Below, piece after piece: positions 9,994-19,060 of a DNA stretch of 64,000 nucleotides. The position numbers and the translations under genes are program-made. The notes below the pieces were generated by a model. The model was given only the letters and a program-made list of their open reading frames with translations, ran no database searches and was not told where the DNA came from. The DNA is from a virus. The DNA lies in the IMG/VR virus record IMGVR_UViG_3300025645_000054, positions 12,799-76,798 of that record, one strand, 5' to 3'. Numbering within the stretch: the first letter of the stretch is position 1; each line of letters opens with the position of its first letter.

Positions 9994-10493
9994 CAGTTGG
10001 CCTCCAGAATGGATGCATCCCCGATCGGTTTACTGGTTCGGATGGTGTATTCCCCAAGGCGGTCGCCCGGGCGGATGACGGTGGGGGCCCGAATGATGAA
10101 ACGGATCCGCTCCATCTTCTGATCGGCCACATCCCCGCGGGGTTCCACCGAACAGGGGAGGGCCGGATCCAGCAGCTTGGCGGTGAAGTCTCGGTCCATC
10201 CCGGTCACCACGTCGACCACCTTCTCGTCGCGCATCAGCGGGAGACGGTGGGTGATCATGAATGCAAGGAAGCGGCGTTCATCTGTGCGGGCGGAATGTT
10301 CAAAGAGCAGATATTCCCCACCATCCCCCCGGACGATGGCACCGGTCTCGATCTTGACCTGGGGATCCACACGGAGCATCCGGCGGGCCCGCATTTCATC
10401 ACCTTCAAAACGGTCCTCAGGATCCGACAGGATCCCATGAAACTTGATCCCGGTGGAACTCCGGAACAGCGAGGAGAGGCGCGGGGACATCAT
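9993..10493 (-). CDS. putative head closure protein
   Basis: Coupled stop/start overlaps in the head-tail joining cluster. Confidence 0.5.
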   Translation of the reverse strand: MMSPRLSSLFRSSTGIKFHGILSDPEDRFEGDEMRARRMLRVDPQVKIETGAIVRGDGGEYLLFEHSARTDERRFLAFMITHRLPLMRDEKVVDVVTGMDRDFTAKLLDPALPCSVEPRGDVADQKMERIRFIIRAPTVIRPGDRLGEYTIRTSKPIGDASILEAN

Positions 10494-11185
10494 CCTGTGA
10501 ACGGGTCATCTGGGGAGGACAGGGCGAACAGCGTCGGGATCACGACCGCCGTCTGTGTGACGGTGTCGAGGGCTGTGGCCAGTCTCTGGCTGATGCGGTT
10601 GGCCAGTTGGTTGAAGTCAATCTTGGTGCTGCGCTGGACCTGACTGTCTTCGGCGCGGACCACGATGAGCGCCCGCATGGAGATCGAGTCACAGATGGTG
10701 AGCGCGGCCTTGAGCATCACGGCCTCATTGGTCGCGGCCCCCTGCTGGCCTCCGGACAGGAGTGCTGTCTTGAACACGTCCCCGTTCTGCCAGCGGAGAG
10801 CGAAATACGACCGGATCAGATCCACATCCTGATCGGGCAGCTCCTGAACGTCCAATCCCAGCGCTGACCGGACGTCGGCCGGGGTCGCCGTGAGGGGCAG
10901 GAACTCCACGAGGTGATAGGGGATCAGTTTTCGGTGAGGCTTTGAGTTGTGGTAGAAGTCCAGTTCGAAGAACCGGTCTTCGTATTCGGCGTCCCCGGTC
11001 AGACTGTTGTAGACCGCCGGGATCGTGATCAGCTCAGTGCTGGCCAGAGAGGGCATCGATCCGCTGACCACCACTGTGCCGGCCGAGGTCAGGACCCGGT
11101 ATGTGGCAGTGGTGGGGACGATGAATTCACCGTCCACCATATAATCGATCAGAAGGGACGTGTCTTGATCAGCTAGATGCCACAT
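10490..11185 (-). CDS. putative head-tail adaptor
   Basis: Downstream of the capsid gene; ATPADVRSALG segment typical of adaptors. Confidence 0.55.
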   Translation of the reverse strand: MWHLADQDTSLLIDYMVDGEFIVPTTATYRVLTSAGTVVVSGSMPSLASTELITIPAVYNSLTGDAEYEDRFFELDFYHNSKPHRKLIPYHLVEFLPLTATPADVRSALGLDVQELPDQDVDLIRSYFALRWQNGDVFKTALLSGGQQGAATNEAVMLKAALTICDSISMRALIVVRAEDSQVQRSTKIDFNQLANRISQRLATALDTVTQTAVVIPTLFALSSPDDPFTG

Positions 11186-11195
11186 GTGCTATCCC

Positions 11196-11552
11196 TTAGT
11201 TCTTGGATTGACCCTTGGTCTTCTTGGGCGTGGAGGCTGGCGCGGGCGCGGGCTCAGGCTTGGAGGCTGGCGCGGGCTTGGGCTTGGGCTCAGGTTCGGA
11301 CAGGGTCGAGAGGAAGGCATCGACGGCGCTCTCCTTGTTCTCTTTCCAGAACTCAGCAAAGTCCGCGTCGGTCGCTGTCAGAGGGAGATTGCCCTCAAGA
11401 ACTTTCAGCTGGCCGGCCGCAATCCGCTGTTCAATGAACGGGGAGTTGCTCACCACACTGGGCCGGAAGGGATTGACCTGATCTCCGGTGTACCGATCGC
11501 TGAGCATAAAAGCCCCGGTGGTTTTAACGATGGTCTTCATATTGTTCTCCAA
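11196..11552 (-). CDS. hypothetical protein with Pro/Lys/Ala-rich tail
   Basis: 118-aa ORF after the capsid gene; PEPKPKPAPASKPEPAPAP low-complexity C-terminus. Confidence 0.7.
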   Translation of the reverse strand: MENNMKTIVKTTGAFMLSDRYTGDQVNPFRPSVVSNSPFIEQRIAAGQLKVLEGNLPLTATDADFAEFWKENKESAVDAFLSTLSEPEPKPKPAPASKPEPAPAPASTPKKTKGQSKN

Positions 11553-11554
11553 TG

Positions 11555-11588
11555 AAAAAGGGCCCGCCCACCCTAGGGGAGCGGGCCC
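11555..11588 (-). terminator. intrinsic terminator after the major capsid gene
   Basis: GGGCCCGC/GCGGGCCC stem with A5 on + (U-tail on -). Confidence 0.75.
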
Positions 11589-11606
11589 GATGTAAACGAC
11601 CGCAGC

Positions 11607-12788
11607 TTACGCTGTGGTGTCCAGGATCCGACGAGTGTCACCGAATGCCAGACGGTAACCAGAGGTCTCCGTGCGGACATAGGTGATCGACTGGTTACGG
11701 ATCGCGTTCTCGGACTCAGAGATGATCGAACCGGCTTCCACCAGCTCTTCCAATGTCTCGCCACGGTTGAACGCCATCAGCTGGCCAGCTGGCATGCCGC
11801 TGGACAGAACAAAGCTCACCGCGTTGTTCATGATCGGCAGGGACAGGTTGACACCTGGGGCACCGGCCATCGCCATTTCACGCGCTTCAACTTTGTCCGA
11901 TGCCAGAGTTGGCATGAACATGAACAGCAGGTCCACAAACATATCGTAGTTGCCTACGATCACGTCAGCAGGAACACCGTCCTTGGCCATCTTCATCAAG
12001 AACTTCGCCAGTGCTTTGTAGTTGACCGACAGATCGTTGATCGTACCACCATGTGTGGTGATCGCTTCAACGGTCGCCGCCGCATTGACGCCATCGCCAT
12101 TGATGAGAACGCTTGTCGCGGCCCCAACTTTGCCGATTTCCAGTTCGCGGGCCACACGGGCAGCGTAAGGTGTCAGGATGTCAAGGGAAGCGCGACGGTT
12201 GAACTCGTAGGATGTACGATACGCCGAACCATGCTTGAACATCTGGACAGACTGTTGGCTGGTACGAATGGTGCGGACAGGAATGTTCGCCAGTTCAGGA
12301 ACGGTTTGCGTCCCACGCTCGGAACTGTCATCATCGACAACCGTCGACAAAAGCTCAGTGCCTGAGATGGTGCGTGTTTGGGACAGCAAGGGAGCCACTG
12401 TTTCCAGCGTATCCTGACGGTCCTTCCAGCGCAGCATGTCGTCGATGACTTCAGGGAACATCGCACGTGTGCCCGGGAACTTCTGGAAGCTCTCGGAGGA
12501 CGCCTGCAGCAGAACACCTTCGTTGAAGTCATTGCGTGAGGGCAGACCCAGCGCGGCGACGGAGAGTTCATAACCACTCAGGCCCGCTTTTTGTGCCTGC
12601 TCGGCAAACTCGCCAGAGCGGGTATCAACCGCAAGGCTCAGATAGTCACGCAGGCTCAGACCGTAGTCTTTCGCTTGAGCAACCAAGTTGCTGCCGGCTT
12701 CGGTTGAGGCACCCTTGCTCTCATCTTTGAGGCCTGCGATCACTTGTTCGACCGGGCGGCGCTTCAGATCGGTAAGATCTTTCATCAT
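11607..12788 (-). CDS. major capsid protein (HK97 fold expected)
   Basis: 393 aa, AAGGAG SD, position after protease and decoration genes, followed by a terminator. Confidence 0.85.
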   Translation of the reverse strand: MMKDLTDLKRRPVEQVIAGLKDESKGASTEAGSNLVAQAKDYGLSLRDYLSLAVDTRSGEFAEQAQKAGLSGYELSVAALGLPSRNDFNEGVLLQASSESFQKFPGTRAMFPEVIDDMLRWKDRQDTLETVAPLLSQTRTISGTELLSTVVDDDSSERGTQTVPELANIPVRTIRTSQQSVQMFKHGSAYRTSYEFNRRASLDILTPYAARVARELEIGKVGAATSVLINGDGVNAAATVEAITTHGGTINDLSVNYKALAKFLMKMAKDGVPADVIVGNYDMFVDLLFMFMPTLASDKVEAREMAMAGAPGVNLSLPIMNNAVSFVLSSGMPAGQLMAFNRGETLEELVEAGSIISESENAIRNQSITYVRTETSGYRLAFGDTRRILDTTA

Positions 12789-12796
12789 TGTTCTCC

Positions 12797-13222
12797 TTAC
12801 AGAATCAGAACTTCGATGTCTGAGCCGGATACCGCTGTCACGATATTGGCCGAGAGATCGGGTTCATTTGCGGTGTCGCCCACGTTGCGACGAGGGCCGA
12901 CTTCACCTGCGGTGGCGGAGCCAACCACTGTGTCGCCAACGACGATTGCGTCGGTACCTGCAGCCTTTTGGAAGCGGAAGCCGCCTTTGAGGGCTACGGT
13001 GCCTACTTTTGTGCCTTCAACAACACGGTCTTCGTAGCTCACAAGAGAACCGATGACCCGGTCGCCATCACCGGCAAGTTTGACTGCGCGGGTGTTGGCG
13101 GAGTCAAGCGTGACCGCTTTGCCAATGTCTGCGGAGGTAACTGTACCTGTAACGTAGAAGGGGAAATGGAAGTCTTCAGAGACGAGACCGCGGTGGGAAA
13201 TGCCTTCACCAATAACTGACAT
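12797..13222 (-). CDS. capsid decoration/cement protein
   Basis: 141 aa Gly/Val/Thr-rich (IGKAV...VKLAGDGD.VIG) between protease and capsid genes. Confidence 0.7.
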   Translation of the reverse strand: MSVIGEGISHRGLVSEDFHFPFYVTGTVTSADIGKAVTLDSANTRAVKLAGDGDRVIGSLVSYEDRVVEGTKVGTVALKGGFRFQKAAGTDAIVVGDTVVGSATAGEVGPRRNVGDTANEPDLSANIVTAVSGSDIEVLIL

Positions 13223-13237
13223 GATGTTGATCCTTTC

Positions 13238-14356
13238 TTATTTGCGGGATTTGAATGAGGCGAAGTTTGAGCTTTTTGGGCTCTTGTCCGCATCTGTGAC
13301 TGCCGAGGCAGAGAGCCCACCGGCGGGCGTTTCGGCCTGCAGATCAGCGGTGGATGCGGTTGGCTTCGGAGCGGTCTTCAGCTCTTCAATCGAGGCCTTC
13401 AGCGTTTCGACCGTAGCGGCCAGCTCTGTGAGAGCTTCAGCAGTTGAGTCTGCCTCCACGGTCTCAGCTGGCACTTCGGTGGGTGTCAGGGCTGTGACCA
13501 GTTCTTGGATACTGGCGTTCAGACCTTCGAAAGCGACCTGGGCATCAAACTCTGCCGTGGAGGCCGCAGGGGTCTCAAGTGTGACCTCCGGTTTTTTCGT
13601 CATCTTGACTTCCTCTTTCATTGTGGTGGGGGATGCAAAGAGCGTCACGGCATCAGGCGAGAAGCCATTTGCTGCCAGACGATCTTGTTGCTCTTGGGGC
13701 ATGACCTTACGGGCCCGACCATGGATCTTCGCGTTGGTGGCTGCGCCCCGGGATACGAGCGACAGCTCCATCCACTTGTCCAGTCCGGACAGGACGGCAT
13801 GGGTGCCATCGACGCCAATGGTGTGATCGTTTTCGCAAGTACGATCCCACATGTGCATAAAATCTGTGTCTTCTGCGAAATAGTCGAAGCCGCACTTGGA
13901 GCAGAGCAGCTGCTCTGACTTCAGGCCGACGGACACCTCGTCGAGGATTCCTAGATTGATGCGCTCAATCAGAGCCGCCTCAGATCGGGGCAGGAAGAAC
14001 TGGGCACGGAGTTCAGAGTTGCCGTCCACCATGTCATCGACATAGGCGTGGAACACTTTACCCACCGGCAATTCATCCCCCTGCAGGTGCAGGGTATGGA
14101 TCGGCACGGCCTCGTTCTTGTCATTCACGCTGGTGGCCATGGCCGACAGGGTGCTGCGCGTGGCCCGGGCGTTCTCAAAGATCGACCCGGCCTTGCTCAG
14201 AGGCAAGGTGTTCAGGGCGGTGGCCTCAAACACGACGATGTCATCAGCGGAGACGTCTGTGTCCGTGACGAAATTGATCTGCTCCAGCATCGCATCCGTA
14301 ACGTCCAGTTGCTTGCGCTTCTGGCGATGCTCGGAAAGTTGTGCTACCTCAGGCAT
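13238..14356 (-). CDS. prohead protease/scaffold
   Basis: H..GDELPVGK, EVSVG, ELSLVSRGA motifs of HK97/U9-type proteases, CxxC insert, acidic coiled C-terminal scaffold region. Confidence 0.8.
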   Translation of the reverse strand: MPEVAQLSEHRQKRKQLDVTDAMLEQINFVTDTDVSADDIVVFEATALNTLPLSKAGSIFENARATRSTLSAMATSVNDKNEAVPIHTLHLQGDELPVGKVFHAYVDDMVDGNSELRAQFFLPRSEAALIERINLGILDEVSVGLKSEQLLCSKCGFDYFAEDTDFMHMWDRTCENDHTIGVDGTHAVLSGLDKWMELSLVSRGAATNAKIHGRARKVMPQEQQDRLAANGFSPDAVTLFASPTTMKEEVKMTKKPEVTLETPAASTAEFDAQVAFEGLNASIQELVTALTPTEVPAETVEADSTAEALTELAATVETLKASIEELKTAPKPTASTADLQAETPAGGLSASAVTDADKSPKSSNFASFKSRK

Positions 14357-14439
14357 TGTCGTGGTTCATCCATTTACTTTGGTTGACTTGAAAAATACAG
14401 GTTCTGACGTGTGCAAGTCAAAGCATTACTTGAACGAAT

Positions 14440-14646
14440 TTAGGCATCCTTGCCCTCGATACAGTTGACGTCCTGATATTTGATCGTGACCTCAAAGTTG
14501 GATGCGAAGATCTCCAGGTCTTTGAGGGTCTGTTTTCCCATCTCTCCGCATTCCTTACGGGTCTCGACAGGGACCGTGATCAGACGGTGGCACTCGGCCG
14601 GTTGGCCCAGCAAAGAGAAACACACGGTCAGCTCAAGAATCCACAT
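14440..14646 (-). CDS. small Cys-containing, possibly exported protein
   Basis: MWILELTVCFSLLG hydrophobic N-terminus and 4 Cys; begins 2 nt after the portal stop. Confidence 0.5.
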   Translation of the reverse strand: MWILELTVCFSLLGQPAECHRLITVPVETRKECGEMGKQTLKDLEIFASNFEVTIKYQDVNCIEGKDA

Positions 14647-14647
14647 C

Positions 14648-16108
14648 CTACTTCTCCACTTGGTTTCCATTACCGGCGGGTTTGCCCCCCTCAGGGGTGG
14701 CGGACTTCTCGAGGGCTGAAGGCTGGGTGCCTTCGGCATCGGGGGCTTGGACAGGGTCTAGGAAATTGGTCCCCGACAGCTCCGGGGCGTTGTCAGGCCG
14801 GATCCGGCCATACATCTCGAGGTGATACTCGTCGTCCGAGATGATGCCCCGGGACAGATCCGCCAGCAGGCGGGCCTGTCGCATGGCGTATTGGGCCTCG
14901 AGCTCCGTGGTCGGGCGCATCTCTGCCGGCCGGAAGGTGCAGCTGACGGTGATCTCTTCGTGGCCCAGCATGCGGATGCCCATGGTGAGCATCTGGGAGA
15001 AGAGCTCTCCCACCGGTTCGTTGATCTCTTCCGCGTTCATGGTGAAGAGGCGGGCCTCGACACTTGCGGTGTTCACCCCACTCTCGCCCCGGCCCAAGAT
15101 GGTGGACATGGTGCGCAGGGCCGCTTGGTTCTGAGCGTTCAGGGCCCCGATGATGCTGGTGACGTCGATCCCGGAAGAAGGGTTCTTCTCGTTGAGGATT
15201 TTGGCCTCCAGTGCATCGGTGTGCACAAAGGCCTGTTCCGGGCGCAGGTCTGACAGCTGGGTGGTGAGGTTCTGGATCTGGGTCGCGACCCAGGATGATT
15301 TCTGGCTGGGGTCGGCCGCGACCGCTGCCGGGATGTTCTTCATCAGCACTTCTTCGAGGACCGTCACCTCGATCCGAGGGTACCCGGTGAAGCGCATGAT
15401 CCGGTACAGGTCGTTGACCACCTGTTGGCGGGCCGCGACCGTGTTGATGGAGCTGACGAAGGGGGAGTTCGAATAGATCGATGTCGGATCCCGCCGGAAG
15501 AACGAGATGAAGAACGTGGCCACATCCAGATCAACCTTCTCGGACGAGTTGGTCGGATTCTGCTGGGGCTTGAAGACGGAGTTCTCTTTTTCGAACCATT
15601 CCAGCGTGGCGGTGTCTACGATCCGGATCTGATAGGGCAGCTTCTGCTTGTTCAGGACCAGCTCTGCGGCACAGGCCCCGCGCAGCAGGATCATGTAGCG
15701 CATGTTTTCGCTGATCGCGCGGAGCGACGGCTTCAGCTCAAACCCGGTCTTATAGTCAAACCGGGTGGTCAGGGCCGAGATCAGGACGTTCAGAGATTTC
15801 TGGGCATCCCGATCGATCAGCCCGTCCATGTCTTTGCACACGAACACCGGCTCGGTGTTGGCGACGGTCAGGAAGGCGTTGACGGCGGCGGAGACATCCG
15901 GGTCTTGGACGAAGAGCCGACGCATGAGTTCGCGGCTGTCCGACGCCTGTCGGGTTTCGAAGATGTCTTGAAGGTGGTCCCGGTAATCCGGCAGCGACAG
16001 GATGTTCTCTGAGCTCGACGGGTTAAAGGTCGAGGAGACCGCTGTGCCCCTCGGATTGGTCCGGTTGGGTAGAATAACCTTCAACAGGGATTCAAGATTC
16101 AGGGCCAT
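14648..16108 (-). CDS. portal protein
   Basis: About 486 aa between terminase and protease; DPDVSAAVN and GYPR motifs. Confidence 0.85.
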   Translation of the reverse strand: MALNLESLLKVILPNRTNPRGTAVSSTFNPSSSENILSLPDYRDHLQDIFETRQASDSRELMRRLFVQDPDVSAAVNAFLTVANTEPVFVCKDMDGLIDRDAQKSLNVLISALTTRFDYKTGFELKPSLRAISENMRYMILLRGACAAELVLNKQKLPYQIRIVDTATLEWFEKENSVFKPQQNPTNSSEKVDLDVATFFISFFRRDPTSIYSNSPFVSSINTVAARQQVVNDLYRIMRFTGYPRIEVTVLEEVLMKNIPAAVAADPSQKSSWVATQIQNLTTQLSDLRPEQAFVHTDALEAKILNEKNPSSGIDVTSIIGALNAQNQAALRTMSTILGRGESGVNTASVEARLFTMNAEEINEPVGELFSQMLTMGIRMLGHEEITVSCTFRPAEMRPTTELEAQYAMRQARLLADLSRGIISDDEYHLEMYGRIRPDNAPELSGTNFLDPVQAPDAEGTQPSALEKSATPEGGKPAGNGNQVEK

Positions 16109-16181
16109 GGTACTTCCGGAAAAAGAATGATCCCGCAATACATACCAGAATAGGACTTGCAATGACTAGAGATTTACGAAG

Positions 16182-17939
16182 TCATTTCAAACCGAGACTT
16201 ACACGCTGACTGTTCTTGCCAGTGGAGATCTTGTAGGGCGAGGTGGCGTTGGTGTCCATCTCCACCCCTGTCAGGATGATTGTGGAGCGATTTTCCGAGA
16301 ACAGACCCTTAACCAGTTCCTGAACCTTGATCCCGGCGTAGAGAAAGGCCCCGGCGTGGAAAAAGTGGTCATTGCCAGTCATCTTGATCCATGTTGCAGG
16401 CTTCCCCGGTTGCTCATCTCGCACCATGTCTTGGAAGTGGTCCACGAGCTCCTGCTTGTGGTTATCATAGCCTGAAAACCGGATGTGCTGATGACGGACC
16501 ATCTTCACAATTCCGTCGATGACCCCGGTCCGACTGACCTGCGCATGGGTTACTTCCTTGGTCAGCTGGTCCCGGACGGCGTTGAAATCTTTCGTGCCGC
16601 GGTACTCGACGGGCAGGATCCGGCCATCGGATACATCCCGCAGGGCCTCGGCGGTGGGGGTGTAGGGGTGTCGGTCGCAGGCCCCGCCGATCACGTTGTA
16701 GGAGTCCAGGATCATCTTTACCTCTGTGACCAGAAGGTCGGCCGGCACGGTCTTGATCAGCACGGCCTGCTGGTCCTCGGTGGAATAGCCTTGGCTGACG
16801 ATGATGTGACAGGTCTGGCCCACGTCGATCCCGATCCATGTGGGCTTGGTCTTGTCGCGCGGGGTAGGCTCCTCGACTTGAGAGGTGATGCAGGCTTTGA
16901 TCTCCGCTTCCGAGAGACGCGCGGCCCCGGCCTTGTCGGCCAGTCCCAGCACGGTGTTCTCAAAGCCCCGCATGTAATCCCGCTGCCGATACCGGAACAT
17001 CTGCTGGATGATATAGGGCACCCCGATCCGGTCGGTGGAGAACGGGGAGACCCGGTAGCCTCGGTGGTGGGTCCGGGAGGCGTACCGCGCCACCCACTCC
17101 CGGTTCTCGGTCCGGGACAGGTCCAGTGGGGACCGGCACTTCTCACAGACCACCTGACCGTCGTTGATGTTGATCATGCCGTTGTCGATCATGCTCTCGT
17201 CGATCTCGCGCAGGGTCAGGTCCGAGGGCAGGCCCGGGACGTCCACGAACTTCTCGTTGAAGAGCGGGATGTTCCAGTGGTTGCAGGCGTCACATTTGCA
17301 CAGGTACTCGTGCTGGTCGGAGCGTTCAAAGCCGCCGTCCACGCCGAAGCCCTTGAAGGTCGGGGTGGAGAAGCGCTGGTTGATCTTCCAGTCGGAGTTC
17401 TGCAGGCGCGAGTTGAACAGGGCCAGCATCTGCTGGTCAGAGAGGTCGATTTCGTCGTTGAACACCACGTCGGCCGAGATCGACGTCGCGTCCCCCTCTT
17501 TCATGCCCGTGACATAGAGGAAGCTGGTGCCGATCTGGATCAGGCCCTTGGACCGGGTGGGCTTCTCGCCCGAGGCCGTGTCCAGGTTGAACGCCTTCTC
17601 CTCCTTGGCCAAGGGTAGGATCCGGGTGGAGGACATCCGTTCGAACATGTCGTCGTTGGGCATCGTGAAGATCAGGCTGGTGCCCCGGTTCCGCGCGAGG
17701 AACGCAAGGGACTTGCGGACCTGAATCTCGGACAGGCCCACCTGTGAGGGCTTCACCACATCCATGTTGGGATGCATGTCGTCCGTGATCGCCTTCTGGA
17801 AGGGGTACCGGTCAAAAGAAAAGGGTCGGCCGCGCAGTTTGGTGTTCGCGCAGATCCAATCCCCGATGCTCATGTCTTTCGTGTCAATGCTGAAACGCGC
17901 ATCGATCCGATCGACCAGTTCTTGGAAATAGTGGCTCAT
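16182..17939 (-). CDS. terminase large subunit (lambda GpA-like)
   Basis: KPSQVGLSE Walker A, VVFNDEID Walker B, STPT coupling motif, two CxxC pairs, GIDVG nuclease motif. Confidence 0.92.
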   Translation of the reverse strand: MSHYFQELVDRIDARFSIDTKDMSIGDWICANTKLRGRPFSFDRYPFQKAITDDMHPNMDVVKPSQVGLSEIQVRKSLAFLARNRGTSLIFTMPNDDMFERMSSTRILPLAKEEKAFNLDTASGEKPTRSKGLIQIGTSFLYVTGMKEGDATSISADVVFNDEIDLSDQQMLALFNSRLQNSDWKINQRFSTPTFKGFGVDGGFERSDQHEYLCKCDACNHWNIPLFNEKFVDVPGLPSDLTLREIDESMIDNGMININDGQVVCEKCRSPLDLSRTENREWVARYASRTHHRGYRVSPFSTDRIGVPYIIQQMFRYRQRDYMRGFENTVLGLADKAGAARLSEAEIKACITSQVEEPTPRDKTKPTWIGIDVGQTCHIIVSQGYSTEDQQAVLIKTVPADLLVTEVKMILDSYNVIGGACDRHPYTPTAEALRDVSDGRILPVEYRGTKDFNAVRDQLTKEVTHAQVSRTGVIDGIVKMVRHQHIRFSGYDNHKQELVDHFQDMVRDEQPGKPATWIKMTGNDHFFHAGAFLYAGIKVQELVKGLFSENRSTIILTGVEMDTNATSPYKISTGKNSQRVSLGLK

Positions 17940-17983
17940 AACTGAGAGGTATCACAGTAATGCTCAAGTGATAAACAGTAATG

Positions 17984-17999
17984 GATTGCATGGAAATGT
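17984..17999 (+). promoter_or_regulatory. 16-bp repeated motif GATTGCATGGAAATGT (copy in the terL/replication divergent region)
   Basis: Exact reverse complement at 40430-40445; variants at 23410, 23493, 35840/35856, 45230/45249. Confidence 0.7.
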
Positions 18000-18068
18000 A
18001 TTTATTTAAGTTGCCCATGGGGAGGACTGTATCTATACCGGTTTTTACTTCACAAAAGGACAACAGAG

Positions 18069-18308
18069 ATGAACACTGGAATGAAAGACGGGAAGCTGGT
18101 CATTGATATGGCCGAAGCGGATGCCCTTTGGGACGCGATGTCGATGGAGCAGCAATACCACGCCATGTGCGGGATGTTTGAGCCCCTGCTGGAGGTCGCG
18201 AAATCACAACACCGGGTGTTGAAGGACATCATGGAAGCCGCGGAGCGCCGTGATGTGGATGCCTGCCACGAACTCGCCCGCTTGGCCCTTCAAGACAAGG
18301 AAGCCTAG
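18069..18308 (+). CDS. hypothetical protein
   Basis: AAGGA SD; first gene of the rightward unit. Confidence 0.7.
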   Translation: MNTGMKDGKLVIDMAEADALWDAMSMEQQYHAMCGMFEPLLEVAKSQHRVLKDIMEAAERRDVDACHELARLALQDKEA

Positions 18309-18309
18309 G

Positions 18310-18585
18310 ATGCGCGGGACAAAGCTGAAGCCCTTCAACGATGACGCGGGCTACGTTTGCATGACCAACACGCCCTTTGGGTACGCCGTTGTTTATGACC
18401 GGGAGAACGGGGCCGACTGGATGGATGCTGACGATCGCTGGGTCACAGTGGCCTATGACACGGAGCATTCCCAGATCAGCATGATCTCCAGCCGCACCGT
18501 AAAACTGGCACGTGATGCGATGAAGGGGGCCCGTGAGCTTGGTTTTGCCTGCGACTGGGTCTCCGAATTTCTGAACTCAAAATAG
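18310..18585 (+). CDS. hypothetical protein
   Basis: ATG 2 nt after the previous stop, AAGGA SD. Confidence 0.65.
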   Translation: MRGTKLKPFNDDAGYVCMTNTPFGYAVVYDRENGADWMDADDRWVTVAYDTEHSQISMISSRTVKLARDAMKGARELGFACDWVSEFLNSK

Positions 18586-18595
18586 GGACCATTTC

Positions 18596-19060
18596 ATGGA
18601 AAAGACATTTTATCCCCCGCTTGAGGACAATGTGTTCTGGGCGATGAGCGTGATCCGGGAACACGTCTTGGTGGATCCCGATTACCTGGACAGCGACGAA
18701 TGCACCTACCCGGAGGAGTTCAAGGACATCTTCCGGAAGGCCGGGGCGGGGGGAGGTGAAGAGGATGTGGTGCACAGCGATGACCTGTCCGACATCGATC
18801 TGGTGGCTGAGACCACGAGCCTGTTCAAGAACCTGAAGGAGGCCTCAGAGAACTTCTCGGCCACCGACCACTCGGAGCGGATGAGCTATTTCCGGACCTC
18901 AACCTCTCTGCTCGAAAAGCTGATCGCCATGCAGGAGCGGGCGCACAATGTGCGTCAGGTCTCCCGGTTCTACGCCACCGTTCTGTCGGTGATGGAAGAG
19001 ACCCTTGAGCCTGATCAGATCACCCAAGTCCGCGCCCGCATTATGGAGCACACAGCATGA
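18596..19060 (+). CDS. hypothetical protein (helical; possible displaced terminase small subunit)
   Basis: 154 aa, coupled to the primase by ATGA overlap; function inferred only. Confidence 0.6.
   Translation: MEKTFYPPLEDNVFWAMSVIREHVLVDPDYLDSDECTYPEEFKDIFRKAGAGGGEEDVVHSDDLSDIDLVAETTSLFKNLKEASENFSATDHSERMSYFRTSTSLLEKLIAMQERAHNVRQVSRFYATVLSVMEETLEPDQITQVRARIMEHTA

Noticed and set aside
11225-11300. Short GC-rich repeats after the capsid gene
   Set aside because: Explained by the Pro/Ala/Lys low-complexity tail of the 11196-11552 protein.
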